This document shows positions 59,251 through 64,000 of a stretch of DNA of 64,000 bases, one piece after another; the stretch's first letter is position 1, and every line of letters begins with the position of its first letter. The DNA is from Lachnospiraceae bacterium UBA7054. GTDB taxonomy: Bacteria > Bacillota > Clostridia > Lachnospirales > Lachnospiraceae. Location of the stretch: positions 2,305-66,304 of the forward strand of contig DLAF01000071.1 in the NCBI GenBank assembly GCA_002492725.1. The letters are read 5' to 3'. Position numbers and translations under genes: made by a program. The notes under the pieces were generated by a model. It had not been told where the DNA came from and ran no database searches. It saw only the letters and a list, made by a program, of their open reading frames with translations.

Positions 59251-59911
59251 AAAGTCCTCCAAACATGATGTCGATCGTTTTTAGAAGTGTCTTCGGGTGG
59301 TAGTATCTCCTTGCAATAAGAATGAGGAGTTTCGGATCGAGCTGCATTCTCTCGGCAGCTTCGCGAATGAGCGCTTCCGGATGCTCGGCATCCACCGGCG
59401 CATTTTCCGATTCTCTGATTGCATCCAACAGCTGCAGATAACGGTAATTGGAATGGTCAATCTTTACAACGGGTTTTCTGACCTCAATCCGCATACCGTT
59501 CGGTACGCGCCTGCCATATCGATTCGTGGCGAAACAGCGCCGCGCAGGCATCTGAGACACCAGACCAAGACGGTTTAGAAGGGATAAGCCCGTCTCGTAA
59601 CCGATCACTTCGTCTTCATGATAAAGGAGCTGCCTGTAAAACAGGGTTTCTCTATTTGGCGTATAATACCCGAATGCCGTCTTGATCCTGCGACAGTAAA
59701 CGCCCTTTTCAATCCTTGCAATCCGTCCGCTTTTTTCCAGTCTGGCCATATTGACATTGACTGCCTTTTTAATATTCGTTACGGGCAGTCCGGTTTCTTT
59801 GGCAACGTAACGGGCTGCTTCGGAAGTCAGGATCGGCTGATCGGTCTTTTGTCCGTTCAGATACCGGAGCAGGATCTCTTTATATCCGATGTTGTTCATT
59901 TTTTCCTCCAT
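59231..59911 (-). CDS. AbiEi-like (DUF6088-type) antitoxin/regulator
   Basis: N-terminal wHTH ending RIEKGVY, GYETG...N.LGL.SQ.P; overlaps the toxin start. Confidence 0.82.
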   Translation of the reverse strand: MEEKMNNIGYKEILLRYLNGQKTDQPILTSEAARYVAKETGLPVTNIKKAVNVNMARLEKSGRIARIEKGVYCRRIKTAFGYYTPNRETLFYRQLLYHEDEVIGYETGLSLLNRLGLVSQMPARRCFATNRYGRRVPNGMRIEVRKPVVKIDHSNYRYLQLLDAIRESENAPVDAEHPEALIREAAERMQLDPKLLILIARRYYHPKTLLKTIDIMFGGLYETARG

Positions 59912-60066
59912 TTTTTGATTTTCTCCTTTCAGAGGATAAATCATCAACTGTTATTATTATTACAATCCGCGAAAGATATTATGACTATATAATAACAAGA
60001 TAGGAACAATTAGTCAATGCAATTAGCGCCTGTAAATTTTTTATAATAATAACTGTTTTTGCTTTA

Positions 60067-60312
60067 TTAGTAACACATTAGTAACACAAAATCTCCCTCC
60101 AAATCCCCCTTCACCCCGCTCCACTCGCGGGTTTAAAAATTTAATGAAAATTTTATCAGTTACAAATTAGTAACAAAATTCATTGGTACGCACGCAAATT
60201 ATCATGATTTAGAATAACGAACGCGTTTGCAAAGGCCATCAAAGGAGCATAAATACAGGACTTTTGGAGACTCAACAAGTTTAGCGGCGATTTTTGATGT
60301 GATGTGACGGAG
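60067..60312 (+). repeat. 246-bp conserved element, copy 2 (putative recombination/att-like site)
   Basis: Direct repeat of 48538-48783; begins with a perfect tandem TTAGTAACACA x2. Confidence 0.95.
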
Positions 60313-63300
60313 CCAGATTCTGAGGGAAGTTCAGACATTTCTGACTCCACGGACGGCGAGCAGGAAGGAACTGCAGGGGGTGAAATAACAGGTGATACCG
60401 AAACGGGTGTTACCGATACGGATCCGGATCTCAAGGAGGATACGACAAAGAAGACTCCCGTGACGGCTGAGACTGAGACCACGGATGAGGATTCCGAGGA
60501 AGAGATTTCCGCGATCACACCCGACAAACTCCTGCCCGCTGACTTTACTGTCACGGCGATGGAGCCTGATACTTCCGAGAACGCAGCGGCAGGCGCGCTG
60601 AAAGCGCTTGATTCCGCACAGATCGTTTTCACGAATGGCTGCGTTTCCGCGGATAATAAGATTCGTAAGGATGCAGACATCACCTTTAAGCTTGTACCCA
60701 AGGCGGGCGTAAAGCTGGGTACGGTTCAGTATAAGACCAAAGGTGCGGCAGCGGATGCAACGGAATCCGCACTCAGTTCCGTAACGGGTCCGGCGGCTGA
60801 CGGTACCTATACGATCGCTAAGGCGGGCTTGATGCATGGTGACCCGCTTGCAAATGACGTCAACGTTACCATCGTGGTAAATTCTACTGAGGTAGAGTAT
60901 ACCCTGAAGGTTGCGGCTACCGGCTATAAGCTGTATGAGACCAAGACCGAGGAAGGCAAGACGTTAGCTGATACAACGAAGCAAATTACGGATGGCGCTA
61001 AAAAGATTAAGTATAGCGACACGACCGGCGTTACCTTTGCATTGGTAGCAGATAACGGCACTAGCACCAAGCTTAGGAGCGTAACGGCTGCGGCAGGGGA
61101 CAATAAGGCGAAACCCCTTGAGTCTACGGCAAATACCGATGCTGCAGCAGAGGACGGGCCGACTTATCCGATCTACACCGTTAAGGCTTCCGATCTGGAA
61201 GGTATCGCGCAGAATGACAATCAGGTTATCACCATCACGGTGAATGCGGATGCGGCTGCTGAGATTACGATTTCTGCACCTCTCAGTGATCCTGTAGGAG
61301 CAGTGACATTCGGTGCAGTTACCAATAAGGATGCTTTATATGGAGAAAATGGAGCAGTAGACGGTAATGCGGCAGGATCTGCAGCGGAAGGCCAGAAGGT
61401 TGTCTTCACGGCAGCGGCAGGCGCTAAATACGCGGATCTTACGGCGGATGATTTTACTGCGACCTTTACACCGGCCGGCGGGCAGGCAAGAGAAGTCAAG
61501 GTTACGGCGGTTGCTGAGACCACGAAGACCGTTGGGGGTACGGAAAAGACCATTCCGTCGCATTACGTGATTGACGTTTCCGGCGAGACGAAGAGCGGTA
61601 CGCTGGCAGTTACGGCAAAAGCGACGCTGGACGACGCCAAAGAAGGCGTACAAAAAGTTGATTTTACATCTGTTTCCGAAAACTCTGTTGCGGTTACAAA
61701 GACCGGAAGCGCCAGCAATCTGGCAGGGAAGACCGAGACAACAGATGCGACTTCCTATGGCTTTGCAGCAACAGCAAAGCCCGGCTATGAGATCTATCAG
61801 GTTGAGGCTGTGTATGACAAGGCATATGCTGATGAAGCGGACGCAACTATTACAGGTTACAAAGAGGATCTGTATGTGGCGGCAAATACCGTGAAAGACG
61901 GCGACGGGTTTGTAGCACAAAAGGGTGATTTGGATAGTCTTTCCGTAGCATTTTCCGGAACGGATGCCGCTGATGTGGCTGACGGACAGGGCCATGCAGG
62001 CAAGGCCTGGACGACCAAGAATGTTACGGTTAACGTTTATGCTAAATTAACTGCTGTAACAAGCGACAAGAGTGTTACTATCAATTCTGAATACGCAGTT
62101 GAGGTCGTGACAAACGACAAGATCGTAGCAAAATCAAATACGGAATATACCGTGAAGTCCGGTGCTGAATTCTTCGAGTTTACCGTAGACGCGGAGGCAG
62201 AGCCGACTGTTGTGGCAAAAGATGACAGCAACAACGACATTCTCCTTGGTGAGCCGAAGCAGGAAGAAAACGGCGGATGGAGCTACAAGATCGCGGCTGG
62301 CGCACTGGCAGAGGATCAGACGATTACGATTACGCGCAAGAGCTTTGATATTGCCGTACAGTATGACAGCTCTACCGTAAGTGCGGAAGTATATTATAAC
62401 GATGAACTGCTGGAAGACGCTACGACGGCTGACGATACGGATACCTACAGCGCTAAGAAAGCGGACAGAGATTATCAGTTTATCATCGAGCCCAAGGACA
62501 ATGCAAAGATCTCTTCGGTATCTTACACATTGGGCGACAGTGAAGAGCCTGAGGTAGTACAGCCCAGAGGCAACAGCTATGTATTCTGGGTAAGACTGAG
62601 CGATGACCTGACGGTGACCGTTGAGACCAAGGACGAGTATGATCTGGTTGTAGCGGAGGATGGTACCCCTGTAAAGGCTGACAGCAAGAAGATCTACAAC
62701 GTGAGCCATGCTTCCACCGTTACGGCACAGCTTTTAAACGGTGAAAAACCGCAGAAGTTGTTCAACGCGGAAGTGAAGGACGGCAACGCTGTTGCGGCAA
62801 CGATCGCAAAGATTACGGGCGGCAACCTCGTAACGTTAGAGTTTGACGCAAGCGAGTATAACAAGGTACTTACCGTAGTATTGACCTTAGATAATAAGGA
62901 AAAGACGACGAAGGAATTCAAGGTTAAGACAAGCGCGGCAGCGGCTGAAGTATCTATTGCAGGCGTGAAGGGCGGCAAGGTTGATCTGCCTGTGGATACA
63001 GAAGCTTCCTATAAGCTGACGGTTAAGACAGCGAATGCAAGCTTAAACGGCATCGCAGTGAAAGTAGTACCTGCGGATGATGAGAAGAAGACGGATGCAG
63101 CTGCCATTACAGCAGCACAGGCAGCAGTGGGCGCAAGAATCGAAGATGGTAATCTTGTGATCACGGCGAAGCCCGCTATGGCAGGCGCGGAAAATGCGGC
63201 GAAAGTCATCATCGTGGATACGAACGGACTTGATGCGGCGGCAATTAATGCGCTTACCGTAGACAATGCACTGAAAAACGGCGTTGTAACGGTGAATACC

Positions 63301-64000
63301 AAAAACGCGACCATCGATGGCAAGAGCCCGACGGTTAGCCTGGTATCTACCACCGATACGACTGTCAAAGTAAAACTTGGTGTACCGAAGGGTGTTGTAA
63401 CACCTGAGTCAGGTAAGATTTACTACAAGGTGGAACTTACGGTTCCCGCAGAGCCTGCATTCCCCGAGGGGACTTCGACGGAGGCTCAGAACGCAATCAA
63501 AGCAGCACTGACAAAGGCGGCAACGGATTGGAATACCAACAACGCAAACCTTTATCAGAAAAAGGAAGCTCTTGATGAAAAGGGCGGTCTCTTAGAGATT
63601 CCTGTTATGGTATTTGCGGATAGTGTTCCGGAAGCTTTGCGGAAGGGTGTGCTGATGAGCGGCTTCTCCGTAAAGGCAACCTTACTGCAGACCCTTGCAG
63701 CAGACGGCAATCCCGCTGCAGAAGCGACCACCATTACGGGCGGAGCGGCAACAGAGCTGACAAACATTGCGACCAAGAATCCTTATTACGAGGTGAAGCT
63801 TGGTCTTAAGAAGGGCACGACCAACCTGATCACAGGGCAGGATAAGGATGTAGTGATCGCTACACCTACCTTTAACAAACTGACTTCCTACAGCTATGTG
63901 AAGACGGAGTTTGTGAATACTTCCAGCGGAAAGCTGATAGGCGATGGAGCGAGCGGAAGCTATGCTGATAACTATTGCGGTCTGTATGCAAAATACGATG
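60304..64000 (+). CDS. Second giant surface/S-layer-like protein, more than 1230 aa, runs off the window (silent cassette 2; not in ORF track)
   Basis: Frame read open from GTG 60304 (VTEPDSEGSSDISDSTDGEQ...) to the window end (...YADNYCGLYAKYD) at spot-checked lines, and the track lists no stop-terminated ORF in this frame. Shares motifs with cassette 1: FTNGCV..ITFK and PTF.K.TSY....TEFVNT..GKL.G. Confidence 0.88.
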   Translation, partial: MTEPDSEGSSDISDSTDGEQEGTAGGEITGDTETGVTDTDPDLKEDTTKKTPVTAETETTDEDSEEEISAITPDKLLPADFTVTAMEPDTSENAAAGALKALDSAQIVFTNGCVSADNKIRKDADITFKLVPKAGVKLGTVQYKTKGAAADATESALSSVTGPAADGTYTIAKAGLMHGDPLANDVNVTIVVNSTEVEYTLKVAATGYKLYETKTEEGKTLADTTKQITDGAKKIKYSDTTGVTFALVADNGTSTKLRSVTAAAGDNKAKPLESTANTDAAAEDGPTYPIYTVKASDLEGIAQNDNQVITITVNADAAAEITISAPLSDPVGAVTFGAVTNKDALYGENGAVDGNAAGSAAEGQKVVFTAAAGAKYADLTADDFTATFTPAGGQAREVKVTAVAETTKTVGGTEKTIPSHYVIDVSGETKSGTLAVTAKATLDDAKEGVQKVDFTSVSENSVAVTKTGSASNLAGKTETTDATSYGFAATAKPGYEIYQVEAVYDKAYADEADATITGYKEDLYVAANTVKDGDGFVAQKGDLDSLSVAFSGTDAADVADGQGHAGKAWTTKNVTVNVYAKLTAVTSDKSVTINSEYAVEVVTNDKIVAKSNTEYTVKSGAEFFEFTVDAEAEPTVVAKDDSNNDILLGEPKQEENGGWSYKIAAGALAEDQTITITRKSFDIAVQYDSSTVSAEVYYNDELLEDATTADDTDTYSAKKADRDYQFIIEPKDNAKISSVSYTLGDSEEPEVVQPRGNSYVFWVRLSDDLTVTVETKDEYDLVVAEDGTPVKADSKKIYNVSHASTVTAQLLNGEKPQKLFNAEVKDGNAVAATIAKITGGNLVTLEFDASEYNKVLTVVLTLDNKEKTTKEFKVKTSAAAAEVSIAGVKGGKVDLPVDTEASYKLTVKTANASLNGIAVKVVPADDEKKTDAAAITAAQAAVGARIEDGNLVITAKPAMAGAENAAKVIIVDTNGLDAAAINALTVDNALKNGVVTVNTKNATIDGKSPTVSLVSTTDTTVKVKLGVPKGVVTPESGKIYYKVELTVPAEPAFPEGTSTEAQNAIKAALTKAATDWNTNNANLYQKKEALDEKGGLLEIPVMVFADSVPEALRKGVLMSGFSVKATLLQTLAADGNPAAEATTITGGAATELTNIATKNPYYEVKLGLKKGTTNLITGQDKDVVIATPTFNKLTSYSYVKTEFVNTSSGKLIGDGASGSYADNYCGLYAKYD

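Noticed and set aside
48538-60312. IS element, composite transposon or prophage bounded by the repeats
   Set aside because: No transposase, integrase or phage gene, no terminal inverted repeats and no target-site duplication between the copies.

Overview
This looks like chromosomal DNA from a spore-forming gut Firmicute (Lachnospiraceae-like, inferred from gene content). Positions 1-48.5 kb hold mostly ordinary genes: GNAT/NUDIX enzymes, an OmpR two-component system with a peptide-resistance-type ABC transporter, SulP, a ROK kinase, feoAAB, a heterodimeric ABC exporter, two sugar ABC systems and their regulators. The same stretch also has a type III (ToxN/AbiQ) toxin-antitoxin locus with visible pseudoknot repeats, an MFS pseudogene with an attenuator-like leader, and an unassigned structured intergenic RNA candidate near 33.7-33.9 kb. 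The most striking feature is at 48.5-64 kb. Two giant paralogous surface/S-layer-like ORFs (2821 aa, and more than 1230 aa running off the window) both appear headless: no ribosome-binding site, no signal peptide, and an in-frame TGA three codons before the apparent start. Each is preceded by the same 246-bp non-coding element (about 95% identical), which carries tandem 11-bp repeats resembling tyrosine-integrase arm sites and ends inside the shared first codons (GAT GTG ACG GAG). An AbiE-type toxin-antitoxin pair lies between the two copies. I infer an array of silent surface-protein cassettes that are switched by site-specific recombination onto a promoter and signal-peptide 'head' located outside this window. 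Neither a recombinase nor an expression site is visible here, so this remains a hypothesis.
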